NCBI GenBank assembly: GCA_964462705.1
Contig: CAYWYV010000005.1
Location: forward strand, 1-33,761
DNA length: 33,761 bases
DNA from: an uncultured Dehalococcoidia bacterium
GTDB lineage: Bacteria > Chloroflexota > Dehalococcoidia > Lucifugimonadales > UBA826
Direction: 5' to 3'
In this document: positions 17,097 through 26,360 of the stretch, in pieces
How positions within the stretch are numbered: the first letter of the stretch is position 1
How the letters are laid out: every line of letters starts with the position of its first letter
Translations under genes and position numbers: made by a program
The notes under the pieces: generated by a model
Databases searched by the model: none
The model's input: the letters and a program-made list of their open reading frames with translations, nothing else
Told to the model about the DNA's origin: nothing

Positions 17097-18203
17097 TTGA
17101 CCGGCATTAGAACTGAACCAATCACTATCAATCTTGGACCTCAACACCCTAGTACACACGGTGTATTTAGGCTACGAGTAACTTTTGATGGAGAAGAGAT
17201 AATTGACGCCGAACCAGTTTTTGGGTATCTACACAGAGGAACGGAGAAACTGGCCGAGACAAGAAATTATGTCCAAATTGTAACTCTGACCGACAGAATG
17301 GATTACCTCGCCAGCATGTCAAACAATTTGGCATACGTGAGGACCGTGGAGAAACTGGCAGATATTGAAGTCCCAGAAAGAGCACAATACATAAGAGTAA
17401 TCAGCGCCGAACTTCAAAGGATTGCAAGCCATTTAATGGCAACTGGATTCCTATTAAACGATCTAGGGGCACTTGCGACTCCACTAGTTTATTGCTTCAG
17501 GGAACGTGAAAGAATTCTTGACCTCTTCGAGATGTTGTGTGGCGCAAGGATAACTCTCAGTTATATGAGGCCAGGTGGTGTATTTCAGGATGCACCGGAA
17601 GATTTTTGGCCTTCACTCGAGTCCTTAATAGGAGATCTACCACATTATTTCGATGAATTAGAATCTTTAATAACATCCAATGAAATTGTGTTGGCTAGAA
17701 CAAAAAACGTCGGATTACTAACTGATGAGCAAGCAATAGACAATTCAATGTCAGGCCCAAATCTTAGAGCCTCTGGCGTGAAATGGGATTTACGAAAAGC
17801 AGACCCCTACGAAATTTACGATAGAGTGAAATTCGATGTACCTATAGGTGCGATTGGTGACACATTCGACAGGTACCTAGTTCGTATTCTGGAGATGCGG
17901 GAAAGCGTTAAAATTATTGAGCAATGCCTAGAGCAGATAGAGTCCGGCCCTATTAGGGCAAATACCCCTTTCTTCATTAGGCCACCAGCAGGAGAAGCTT
18001 ATGCTGCTGTGGAAGGACCGAAAGGAGAGTTAGGGTTCTATATGGTAAGCGATGGAGGAGTAGCGCCCTACAGATGTAAAGTAAGAGCTCCATCTTTCAT
18101 CAACCTCACTCCCCTTCGAGACATGTTGAAGGGCTGGAAAATGGGTGACCTGATTATCATATTTGGTTCTATCGACATAGTACTGGGAGAGGTGGATCGC
18201 TAA
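17097..18203 (+). CDS. nuoD: NADH-quinone oxidoreductase subunit D
   Basis: INLGPQHPSTHGVFRL, GYLHRGTEKLAE, RAPSFINL. Directly followed by nuoH, with no nuoE/F/G. Confidence 0.95.
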   Translation: MTGIRTEPITINLGPQHPSTHGVFRLRVTFDGEEIIDAEPVFGYLHRGTEKLAETRNYVQIVTLTDRMDYLASMSNNLAYVRTVEKLADIEVPERAQYIRVISAELQRIASHLMATGFLLNDLGALATPLVYCFRERERILDLFEMLCGARITLSYMRPGGVFQDAPEDFWPSLESLIGDLPHYFDELESLITSNEIVLARTKNVGLLTDEQAIDNSMSGPNLRASGVKWDLRKADPYEIYDRVKFDVPIGAIGDTFDRYLVRILEMRESVKIIEQCLEQIESGPIRANTPFFIRPPAGEAYAAVEGPKGELGFYMVSDGGVAPYRCKVRAPSFINLTPLRDMLKGWKMGDLIIIFGSIDIVLGEVDR

Positions 18204-19420
18204 TGAACCATTTCCCTGGATTCGTAGATTTTTATACCTTCTATGAGTTGTCCTTAAAGATTTTTCAGTACTTCGGCTTCGGTGATAACGCTCAATGGAT
18301 GTCATATTTGACTGCAGGGCTGATCATTTCATTCATAGTGATCAATGTCATGATACTTTCTACAGCCTTTTACACATGGTTTGAAAGACGCGTCCTTGGG
18401 CGATTCCAAGTGAGACGAGGGCCAAATCGGAACGGACCTTTCGGAATCTTTCAACCTTTCGCTGATGTGCTGAAACTTATAATGAAGGAGGACACCATAC
18501 CGACCGAGGCGGACAGACCCGTCTTTACGTTGGCACCTATAGCCTTGGTAGCTCCCACTTTACTAATAATGACGGTGATTCCAATGGGCGAGAATTCCTT
18601 CTTAGGAAGCCTAAACATTGGGATACTTTTCATCGTGGGCGTTACATCAGTTAACTCCATCGCCATCTTTATGGCCGGTTGGGGTTCAAGAAATAAATAT
18701 GCGATTTTGGGATCGATGCGCGGGGCGGCTATGTTGATTAGTTATGAGATTCCAATGGCCCTTGGTATAACGAGTGTATTACTAATGTCAGGCTCATTAG
18801 CAATGACCCACATAGTGAATAGCCAAGATATTTGGTTCATAGTAGTAATGCCATTAGGATTTTTCGTGTTTATGGCAGCAGCAACCGCTGAAATCAGCAG
18901 GACACCCTTTGACCAGATAGAGGCAGAGTCTGAGCTTGGATCTGGATACAATACTGAATTCAGTGGAATAAAGTTTGCGATACTTTTCCTCGCGGAATTC
19001 ATGGCTCCTATCGTAACCGCAGCTGTAGTTGCCACTCTATTTCTTGGGGGGACAAAGGGATTCGATCCAATTCCAGGTCAAATATGGTTTGCGCTGAAGA
19101 TGTTTGTGGTCATTTTCGTACTATTGTGGTTTAGGGCGACATGGCCGAGACTACGAGTGGATCAAATAATGGGCTTCGCATGGAAAGGTTTATTTGGACT
19201 GGGCATCTTCAACATATTCATCGTTGCTATTGAGATTATGATTTTTAAAACTGAAGACGGCACAATAGGTACTTCCCACATGCTGATAATGTCGGGAATA
19301 AACTGGATAATAGCAATAGTGACACTATTGGGGCTAATGCGCCTTTATGGTCACAAAAAATTGGAGAGGCCAACTCCTGTTCCATCGCCTCTGGCAAACA
19401 TGGGATTGGAGGTAGATTAG
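18203..19420 (+). CDS. nuoH: NADH-quinone oxidoreductase subunit H (extended, 405 aa)
   Basis: WFERRVLGRFQVRRGPNRNGPFGIFQPFADVLKL, and EAESELGSGYNTEFSG for the E-x-E..Y..EYS-type loop. The ATG overlaps the nuoD TAA. Confidence 0.95.
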   Translation: MNHFPGFVDFYTFYELSLKIFQYFGFGDNAQWMSYLTAGLIISFIVINVMILSTAFYTWFERRVLGRFQVRRGPNRNGPFGIFQPFADVLKLIMKEDTIPTEADRPVFTLAPIALVAPTLLIMTVIPMGENSFLGSLNIGILFIVGVTSVNSIAIFMAGWGSRNKYAILGSMRGAAMLISYEIPMALGITSVLLMSGSLAMTHIVNSQDIWFIVVMPLGFFVFMAAATAEISRTPFDQIEAESELGSGYNTEFSGIKFAILFLAEFMAPIVTAAVVATLFLGGTKGFDPIPGQIWFALKMFVVIFVLLWFRATWPRLRVDQIMGFAWKGLFGLGIFNIFIVAIEIMIFKTEDGTIGTSHMLIMSGINWIIAIVTLLGLMRLYGHKKLERPTPVPSPLANMGLEVD

Positions 19421-19422
19421 AT

Positions 19423-20094
19423 ATGTATGGGACTGGAATAATTAAAGGCTTGGGTATAACCATGAAAAACTTGGTTTTACCAACACGTCAATTCAATATA
19501 CATCAATATCCCAACAGAAAGGCCAGCCCAGCAGATCTGGCAAAATTAGAAGAAAAAAACACCATTTCTTTCCTATTTTCAAATCCAATAAGATCCGCTA
19601 GGGCTTTAGTTGGACTGGAGACTATAGAAGAACGCTTGCCCCAACATGCTCGATTTAGAGGCGAGGAGTTCGCTTGGTACGACCAACGATGTACGGGTTG
19701 TGCAAGCTGCGCTAAATACTGCCCTTTGGGAATAATCAAAATTGTGACCGACACTAGCGGTGTTAATCTCCAGGAAGGTCAAAGTTACAACATAGAGACT
19801 TTTGACATCGACATAGGAAGGTGTATGTTCTGCGGTCTATGTGTGGAGGCGTGCCCTTACGACGCTCTTCATATGGGAAGCGGATTTGAAGAAGGTACAT
19901 ATCGCAGAAGCGAACTCGTGATTGATGTCGAACGTCTGAGAAAAGCTGATAAGAAACCCAGCACGTGGTTTAGGCCTCAACTTACAGACAAGGGTCACGA
20001 TCCAATCAAAGGGTCTGAGGCAAACTGGGATGAGGTGGGAAGACACGAGAAACCCTCAGGAGTTCAGCAACGTGATAGGTGGGCTAAAAGATGA
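19423..20094 (+). CDS. nuoI: NADH-quinone oxidoreductase subunit I (2x[4Fe-4S]) with an internal insert and a basic C-terminal tail
   Basis: CTGCASCAKYCP and CMFCGLCVEACP. GGAGG RBS upstream. Confidence 0.9.
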   Translation: MYGTGIIKGLGITMKNLVLPTRQFNIHQYPNRKASPADLAKLEEKNTISFLFSNPIRSARALVGLETIEERLPQHARFRGEEFAWYDQRCTGCASCAKYCPLGIIKIVTDTSGVNLQEGQSYNIETFDIDIGRCMFCGLCVEACPYDALHMGSGFEEGTYRRSELVIDVERLRKADKKPSTWFRPQLTDKGHDPIKGSEANWDEVGRHEKPSGVQQRDRWAKR

Positions 20095-20639
20095 TTTTAG
20101 GTGAGGGAACAGAGGGAGCGTTAATAACTGAACTAGTGTTCTGGGTAATTGCGCTATCAACTGTCGTATCAGCAGTAGCGGTTGTCCAAATACGCGATCT
20201 TTTCAGGGCATCTTTATTTTTAATCGTTACTCTACTAGGGGTCGCAGGCCTCTTTATTCTTCTGAGGGCCGAATTTCTCGCCGGTGTGCAACTGATGGTT
20301 TATGTCGGAGCAATATCAGTATTAATTATATTTGCCATCCTGATGACCAGAGACCTGGAAGATGGAAGTACCTCCCACAGTTTCAGAATTCCTGTAGCAC
20401 TGGTGTCTTTGATTTTGATGGGTGTTTCTATATATGCAATCTCCAATACCGAGTGGAATATCATCGGAAGTGAAACCTTAAATCCAGATCAAATGAACCA
20501 AGCGGCTCATGTTTTTACTAATGGTATTCCAACGTTGGCAAAATTATTACTAAGAGATTTTGTTCTGGCATTCGAGGTGGTGTCTGTACTGTTACTTGCA
20601 GCTGTGCTGGGTTCGCTAGCTCTTGTGCGAGGTCGATAA
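20091..20639 (+). CDS. nuoJ: NADH-quinone oxidoreductase subunit J
   Basis: ATGA overlap with nuoI. Five-helix hydrophobic protein with FLAGVQLMVYVGAISVLIIFAIMM. Confidence 0.85.
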   Translation: MILGEGTEGALITELVFWVIALSTVVSAVAVVQIRDLFRASLFLIVTLLGVAGLFILLRAEFLAGVQLMVYVGAISVLIIFAILMTRDLEDGSTSHSFRIPVALVSLILMGVSIYAISNTEWNIIGSETLNPDQMNQAAHVFTNGIPTLAKLLLRDFVLAFEVVSVLLLAAVLGSLALVRGR

Positions 20640-20641
20640 AT

Positions 20642-20983
20642 ATGACCTTGGAACGTTTCCTGATAATCGGGGCAATACTTTTTGCAATCGGGCTATATGG
20701 CGCCCTATCAAAAAAGCATGCGATAGCGGTTCTTATGTCCCTAGAACTCATGTTTAATGGAGTCAATGTGACAGCGGTGGCCTTGTCCCGATATACCGTG
20801 CCCAGGGCTCTGTCTGAAAACATGGAAAACGCTGCGAGTTTTCTGCTGACAGGACAGGTATTTGCAGTGTTTATCATCACAGTAGCCGCGGCAGAGGTAG
20901 CTCTAGGGCTTGCGATAATAATTGCAATATATAGGTCTCGCAGCACCGTGCTCGTCACTGAAGCAGCAGACATGAAAAAGTGA
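20642..20983 (+). CDS. nuoK: NADH-quinone oxidoreductase subunit K
   Basis: LSLELMFNGVN and AAAEVALGLAIIIAIYR, typical NuoK helices carrying the conserved Glu residues. Confidence 0.9.
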   Translation: MTLERFLIIGAILFAIGLYGALSKKHAIAVLMSLELMFNGVNVTAVALSRYTVPRALSENMENAASFLLTGQVFAVFIITVAAAEVALGLAIIIAIYRSRSTVLVTEAADMKK

Positions 20984-20999
20984 TGGTTAACTAGGCGAT

Positions 21000-21194
21000 A
21001 TGTGGATTGAATATATGACAGCCCCCAATCTCGCTACTGCAGAAATGTGGAAAGACGCGTTTGAAGGTGAAGGACTAGCTGCAAAAATAATGCCAGAAGG
21101 CGAAATTACTGATTGGGCAGAACAAGTTTCTTACAAAATCTACGTCCCGAAAGGCCGCGAGCACGTAGCTGACGAAATTCTAAGGAAACTTTAG
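21000..21194 (+). CDS. small soluble hypothetical protein inside the nuo operon; candidate DUF2007 / PII-like beta-alpha-beta fold
   Basis: 64-aa ORF that exactly fills the nuoK-nuoL gap. Its stop is 2 nt before the nuoL ATG, and the nuoL RBS AAGGAA lies in its 3' end. Sequence: MWIEYMTAPNLATAEMWKDAFEGEGLAAKIMPEGEITDWAEQVSYKIYVPKGREHVADEILRKL. The composition is non-repetitive and protein-like. An alternative ATG lies at 21015. Confidence 0.5.
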   Translation: MWIEYMTAPNLATAEMWKDAFEGEGLAAKIMPEGEITDWAEQVSYKIYVPKGREHVADEILRKL

Positions 21195-21196
21195 AA

Positions 21197-23254
21197 ATGG
21201 TCAACGAACAGCTAATTTGGGCCATATTCTTTCTCCCACTGATCTCGTTCGGTTTAATTGCCCTTATAATTAGGCCTTTTTTCAATCAAGCATCGGCAAT
21301 AGCAGGACCCATAGCAGTTCTGTCTATAGGTGTATCTTTTGTGATATCAATTCTTACTTTTATTGAGGTCACCATAAATCACCACAACCCTGTGGGGGAC
21401 CCAAAGAATTGGTTATCGATAGGAAACTTTGAATTACAAATCGGCATTCTCCTTGACCCTCTCACCGCAATTATGCTGGTCGTGGTAACTGGTGTCAGCC
21501 TAATGGTGCAGATATATTCCACTTTCTATATGAAAGCCCCAAATACTGATCATGGATCAGGAACTCATGAGCCCGAGAGTGAGCCAGTAGAACTTGGCCA
21601 GCCCGTGTACGCGAGATATTTTGCCTACATGTCCTTATTCACTGCCTCGATGCTTGGACTGGTAATGGCTGCCAACGTTGTTCAATTATTCGTATTCTGG
21701 GAATTAGTTGGTCTCTGCTCATACCTCCTCATTGGTTTCTGGTTCCATCGTCCAGCCGCAGCTGCAGCTGCAAAAAAAGCTTTCATTGTGACCAGGGTGG
21801 GAGACTTTGGATTCTTACTTGCTCTGATGTATTTATTTTCCAAAACCTACCAAGAAAATATCAACTATTTAAACATTCAAACAATAAACGAAAATTTGCC
21901 AGCATTAGTTAGTTCTGGAACCCTAGGTGCAGGGGCATTGACACTTATAGCAATAGGTTTTTTTGTTGGGGCAATAGGCAAGTCAGGACAATTCCCACTT
22001 CACACCTGGCTTCCAGATGCTATGGAGGGACCAACACCTGTAAGCGCTCTTATACACGCAGCCACCATGGTGACAGCGGGGGTATTCCTTGTTGGAAGAT
22101 TCTTCCCACTGTTCCAAGCCTCGCAAGACGCCATGATGGTCGTCGCACTCGTTGGTGGAATTACTGCATTATTTGCAGCAACTATGGGATTGGTTAGTAA
22201 CGATATTAAGCGAGTCCTCGCTTATTCAACCGTGAGTCAGCTTGGATACATGATGCTTGCGTTAGGAATAGGAGCTTACGGAGTAGCTATATTTCATCTA
22301 TTTACGCATGCCTTTTTCAAAGCGTTACTCTTCCTGGGGTCAGGCAGCGTTAACCACGCAACCGGTACTTTTGACATGCGTTTTATGGGCGGACTAAGGA
22401 AAAAAATGCCCATAACTTATATCACCTTCCTAATTGGAAGCCTAAGTCTGGCTGGTATTTTCCCGTTAGCTGGATTTTGGAGCAAAGACGAAATTTTGCT
22501 TAACGCATTCAGATCAGGTTCGGGGGGTGGGGAACTCGTCAGCATGACAGTGTTCGTTCTAGCAATAATCGCGGTATTCATGACGGCCTTCTACATGTTC
22601 AGAGCTCTATTCATGACCTTTGAAGGGGAATTTAGAGGGGGATCGGAAAAGGATCCTGAAGCTAATCCCCATGGACCGGTACATCTGGGAGAATCACCGT
22701 TGTTGATGGTCCTTCCAATGTTAATACTAGCAATTCCAGCTGTAATTATTGGGTTCATAGCAAATCCACCTGGGGAATTGCTAGGCATAAAAGCGCATTG
22801 GATGGTGCATACACTGGACCATAGCCTTCCTGACAGCATGCATCACCTTCTGAAAGTAGAATCATTCAGCGTACCACTTGCTGCTGTTTCTTCCCTTGTG
22901 GCTTTATCAGGAATTGCTTTGGCGGTAGCTATGTACAAGCCAAAACCTCTCATATCACCAGAGTCAATAGGAAAAACGTTAAGACCTGTTCACACACTTC
23001 TATACAGAAAATACTACTTTGATGAGCTCTACGAAGGTATTTTTGTACGTCAAGTCTATTACAGAGGATTGGCACTGGCGTCAGACTGGACAGATAAAAA
23101 CATTATAGATAGAGCCGTTAACATCGTTGGATGGACAGGTGCCAATTTTGGAGGATTGATAAGGCAATTCCAAAATGGGCAAATGCAGATGTATGCCACG
23201 GTGACCTCAATAGGCATTATAGTGATTGCCGCCATATTCATTTTTGGTGATTAG
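21197..23254 (+). CDS. nuoL: NADH-quinone oxidoreductase subunit L
   Basis: FPLHTWLPDAMEGPTPVSALIHAATMVTAGV. 685 aa with a C-terminal lateral-helix region. Confidence 0.95.
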   Translation: MVNEQLIWAIFFLPLISFGLIALIIRPFFNQASAIAGPIAVLSIGVSFVISILTFIEVTINHHNPVGDPKNWLSIGNFELQIGILLDPLTAIMLVVVTGVSLMVQIYSTFYMKAPNTDHGSGTHEPESEPVELGQPVYARYFAYMSLFTASMLGLVMAANVVQLFVFWELVGLCSYLLIGFWFHRPAAAAAAKKAFIVTRVGDFGFLLALMYLFSKTYQENINYLNIQTINENLPALVSSGTLGAGALTLIAIGFFVGAIGKSGQFPLHTWLPDAMEGPTPVSALIHAATMVTAGVFLVGRFFPLFQASQDAMMVVALVGGITALFAATMGLVSNDIKRVLAYSTVSQLGYMMLALGIGAYGVAIFHLFTHAFFKALLFLGSGSVNHATGTFDMRFMGGLRKKMPITYITFLIGSLSLAGIFPLAGFWSKDEILLNAFRSGSGGGELVSMTVFVLAIIAVFMTAFYMFRALFMTFEGEFRGGSEKDPEANPHGPVHLGESPLLMVLPMLILAIPAVIIGFIANPPGELLGIKAHWMVHTLDHSLPDSMHHLLKVESFSVPLAAVSSLVALSGIALAVAMYKPKPLISPESIGKTLRPVHTLLYRKYYFDELYEGIFVRQVYYRGLALASDWTDKNIIDRAVNIVGWTGANFGGLIRQFQNGQMQMYATVTSIGIIVIAAIFIFGD

Positions 23255-23262
23255 GAAGTAGA

Positions 23263-24771
23263 TTGTTAACAGAATTCTCAGGACTACTGACACTAGCAAT
23301 ATTTCTCCCAATAGCGGGAGCAATTGTAATTGCCCTATTCTTAAACGGAAGAATAGCTAGGGGATTCGCTCTCGTAACCACTTTAGTTGAACTATTACTA
23401 ACCTCGTATATTTTCCTGCTTTACGACAGAGAAAAAGGAGGATATCAACTGGTGGAAAAATTCGAAGGGTGGATACCCTTTGATACGTTCCGGGTAGACT
23501 ATTTCCTAGGCATCGACGGTCTCAGTGCACCTCTAGTACTACTAACAGGCATTCTAGGAATTGTGGCCGTGTTCGCATCTTGGAACGTCTCCCAGAGAAT
23601 GAAAGAACATTTCATGTGGCTTCTAGTTCTTCAAGGGGCCGTGATCGGTGTCTTTTGTGCTCTGGACTTTTTCCTGTTTTTCCTGTTTTGGGAACTAGAA
23701 CTTATACCCATGTTCTTCCTAATTTCCATTTGGGGGACTGGTCGGAAAGAATATTCAGCAATGAAATTTGTCATTTTCACTATATTGGGTAGTGCGTTTA
23801 TGCTCGTTGGAATACTTGCACTTTATTTCTCTACCAATACGTTTGATATGACACTGCTACCTGAAAAAATAGCAGCTGCAAATCTAATTATGCCTGCATC
23901 TGTTCTGTTTTTCCTAACCATCATTGGATTCGCTATCAAGCTTCCTGTATTTCCATTCCACACCTGGTTGCCAGATGCCCACACTGACGCGCCCACAGCG
24001 GCAAGCGTAATGTTAGCTGGAATACTGTTGAAAATGGGTGGATACGGGATGTTTCGCATCTCAGCAGCGATGTTCCCAGAACAATTAGTCGATTACTCTT
24101 GGCTTCTTGCAACTCTTGGGCTCATCAATATTTTATATGGGGCCGCAATCACTATAAGGCAGACTGATCTTAAGAGGTTGATCGCATACAGTAGTGTGAG
24201 CCACATGGGATTTGTACTGTTAGGAATTGCCGCAGCGAAAGGAGATACAGCAGATCTAGGCCTAAATGGTGCTGCACTACAAATGTTCACTCACGGTACA
24301 ATCACGGGGCTTTTATTCTTAACCGTGGGATTCATTTATGACAGAGCTCACACACGACATATACCTGATCTTGGAGGTTTAGCGGGTAGAATGCCCTTTC
24401 TTGCCGCCGCGTTATTGGTAGCAGGGCTTGCTTCCCTTGGCCTACCTGGTACAAGTGGGTTTGTGGCAGAAATAACTATATTCCTAGGTAGCTTTCCAGC
24501 TTGGCATTGGTTTGCAGCACTTGCTGCAATAGGGGTTGTACTGACGGCTGGATATATCTTATGGATGATTCAGAGAGTAATGTTTGGTACCAGACCAGCG
24601 CACCATAATAACCTCACTGATGCTTCAATACCCGAAATGATTCCTATAGCGATACTAGTTGCTTCTATTTTCGTTGTAGGAATTTATCCTGCCGCAATAT
24701 CAGATGTATTTAATTCAGGCCTGAACCCTATAGTTGATGGGTTAAGTGGTTACGTCACGGGGGCTAAATAG
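23263..24771 (+). CDS. nuoM: NADH-quinone oxidoreductase subunit M
   Basis: TTG start with AGGAAG upstream. FPFHTWLPDAHTDAPTAASVMLAGILLKMGGYG. Confidence 0.95.
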   Translation: MLTEFSGLLTLAIFLPIAGAIVIALFLNGRIARGFALVTTLVELLLTSYIFLLYDREKGGYQLVEKFEGWIPFDTFRVDYFLGIDGLSAPLVLLTGILGIVAVFASWNVSQRMKEHFMWLLVLQGAVIGVFCALDFFLFFLFWELELIPMFFLISIWGTGRKEYSAMKFVIFTILGSAFMLVGILALYFSTNTFDMTLLPEKIAAANLIMPASVLFFLTIIGFAIKLPVFPFHTWLPDAHTDAPTAASVMLAGILLKMGGYGMFRISAAMFPEQLVDYSWLLATLGLINILYGAAITIRQTDLKRLIAYSSVSHMGFVLLGIAAAKGDTADLGLNGAALQMFTHGTITGLLFLTVGFIYDRAHTRHIPDLGGLAGRMPFLAAALLVAGLASLGLPGTSGFVAEITIFLGSFPAWHWFAALAAIGVVLTAGYILWMIQRVMFGTRPAHHNNLTDASIPEMIPIAILVASIFVVGIYPAAISDVFNSGLNPIVDGLSGYVTGAK

Positions 24772-24772
24772 C

Positions 24773-26251
24773 ATGAACCTCCAAGACATATATCTCATAT
24801 CCCCAGAGATTGGCATAGCTATAGTCGCGGCATTTGTAATCATAATTGACCTGTTTGTTTCCAACAAAAAAGTACTTCCCGTTGTGGCGTTGGTAACTCT
24901 GCTAATCCCACTATTTCTCACAATCCAACTCCACTTAGATACAGATGTCGGATCCAAAACGGGTTTTTCAGGTACATTCCAAGTTGACGATTTTGCCATA
25001 TTTTTCAAGTATCTGATTCTTGGGTCAACTGCCATCGTAATTTTATCTTCAACTCAATATGCAAGAAGATTTGGCGGACATCAGGGTGAGTATTACGCCC
25101 TAATTCTTTTTTCGGCTACAGGAATGATGCTCCTAGCCTCCTCCATGGAACTAATCACCTTATACATTGCGCTTGAACTCACTGCTCTGCCTTCAGCAGC
25201 GCTAGCAGCATTTATTCGCCAGCGAAAATCGGCAGAAGCCGGAATTAAATTTCTTGTGCTCAGTGCTGTCAGTTCGGCGGTATTACTCTATGGAATGGTC
25301 CTGGTTTATGGACTCACTGGGTCCAGTCACCTTAATGAAATAGCCTCCTCCATTGCTAACAACGGATTGAGCTCTAGCCCCGCTCTATTATTTGGAATCG
25401 TGCTTATTACAGCTGGTTTCGGATTCAAAATATCAGCTGTCCCTTTCCAAATGTGGGCACCAGATGTTTACGAAGGAGCTCCAACACCAGTTACAGGATT
25501 TCTATCAGTTGCGAGTAAGGCGGCAGGATTTGCGATCATATTACGAGTGTTTTATACATCTTTTGGCTTAGACAATGCCAATATTGACTGGGCCAACATG
25601 ATGGCTGTTTTAAGCGCGATATCTATGTCTGTAGGAAACCTTATTGCAATTAGACAAAATAACATCAAGAGGATGTTAGCCTACAGTACCGTTGCACAAG
25701 CGGGATACCTAATGGTGGGACTAGCAGCAATAACAGCTTTACCTGGTGGAGACGATAACGCGGGACCAATAGGTGTTCTGTTTTACCTAGCAGGATATGC
25801 TATGACGAATCTCGCAGCATTCAGCGTTGTGATAGCCGTTTCTAACAAAACAAACAACGACTCAATAGACTCTTTTTCTGGACTTGCGAGAAAATCTCCA
25901 TTAGTGGCGGGAGCTATGGCGCTAGCTATGATTTCCCTCATAGGTATACCGCCAACTGTGGGTTTTATGGCAAAAATATATTTATTTAGCGCCGCGATGG
26001 ACACAGGATTGGAATGGTTAGCAATCGTCGGCGTGATTAACAGCGTAATCTCTGCCTACTATTACCTTCGGGTTGTCAAAGTGATGTTTCTTTCCAGCCC
26101 TGAAGAGAGCGAAAAAGATTCAGAAACTTCTTACGGCGTTGGAGCTGTTTCTGCTGCCGTAATAGCAATGGCAGGTACATTCTTTTTTGGAATATACCCT
26201 GAACCTATTTTGAGAATAGCCCATACCGCTATTGACTCTCTTATAGGCTAA
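24773..26251 (+). CDS. nuoN: NADH-quinone oxidoreductase subunit N
   Basis: PFQMWAPDVYEGAPTPVTGFLSVASKAAGF. I prefer the ATG at 24773 (MNLQDIYLISPEI), 1 nt after the nuoM TAG, over the track start at 24746. Confidence 0.95.
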   Translation: MNLQDIYLISPEIGIAIVAAFVIIIDLFVSNKKVLPVVALVTLLIPLFLTIQLHLDTDVGSKTGFSGTFQVDDFAIFFKYLILGSTAIVILSSTQYARRFGGHQGEYYALILFSATGMMLLASSMELITLYIALELTALPSAALAAFIRQRKSAEAGIKFLVLSAVSSAVLLYGMVLVYGLTGSSHLNEIASSIANNGLSSSPALLFGIVLITAGFGFKISAVPFQMWAPDVYEGAPTPVTGFLSVASKAAGFAIILRVFYTSFGLDNANIDWANMMAVLSAISMSVGNLIAIRQNNIKRMLAYSTVAQAGYLMVGLAAITALPGGDDNAGPIGVLFYLAGYAMTNLAAFSVVIAVSNKTNNDSIDSFSGLARKSPLVAGAMALAMISLIGIPPTVGFMAKIYLFSAAMDTGLEWLAIVGVINSVISAYYYLRVVKVMFLSSPEESEKDSETSYGVGAVSAAVIAMAGTFFFGIYPEPILRIAHTAIDSLIG

Positions 26252-26360
26252 CAACTTAGACCTCATCCCATCTAACTTGATTGTTTGTCTATAATATTTA
26301 TAGGCCTAGACACATGTTTGCTCATTCCAGCTTCAAATGTGCCTGCCCCGGTGAAGAAAT

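Noticed and set aside
20518-20973. Long antisense ORFs inside well-supported genes (for example 20518..20973, 2020..2415, 2320..2556, 5112..5543, 610..936, 16109..16381, 16356..16634, 18742..19035, 28237..28533 and 30997..31329)
   Set aside because: Each lies fully within a gene that has strong family motifs on the other strand or in another frame. None shows a recognisable domain or translational coupling.
26286-26312. A hairpin-like repeat (TGTCTA..TAGACA with inner CTATAA/TTATAG) after nuoN, as the nuo operon terminator
   Set aside because: The stem is AT-rich and weak, with no downstream T-tract. I cannot support it as an intrinsic terminator. nadK may simply be co-transcribed or have its own promoter here.
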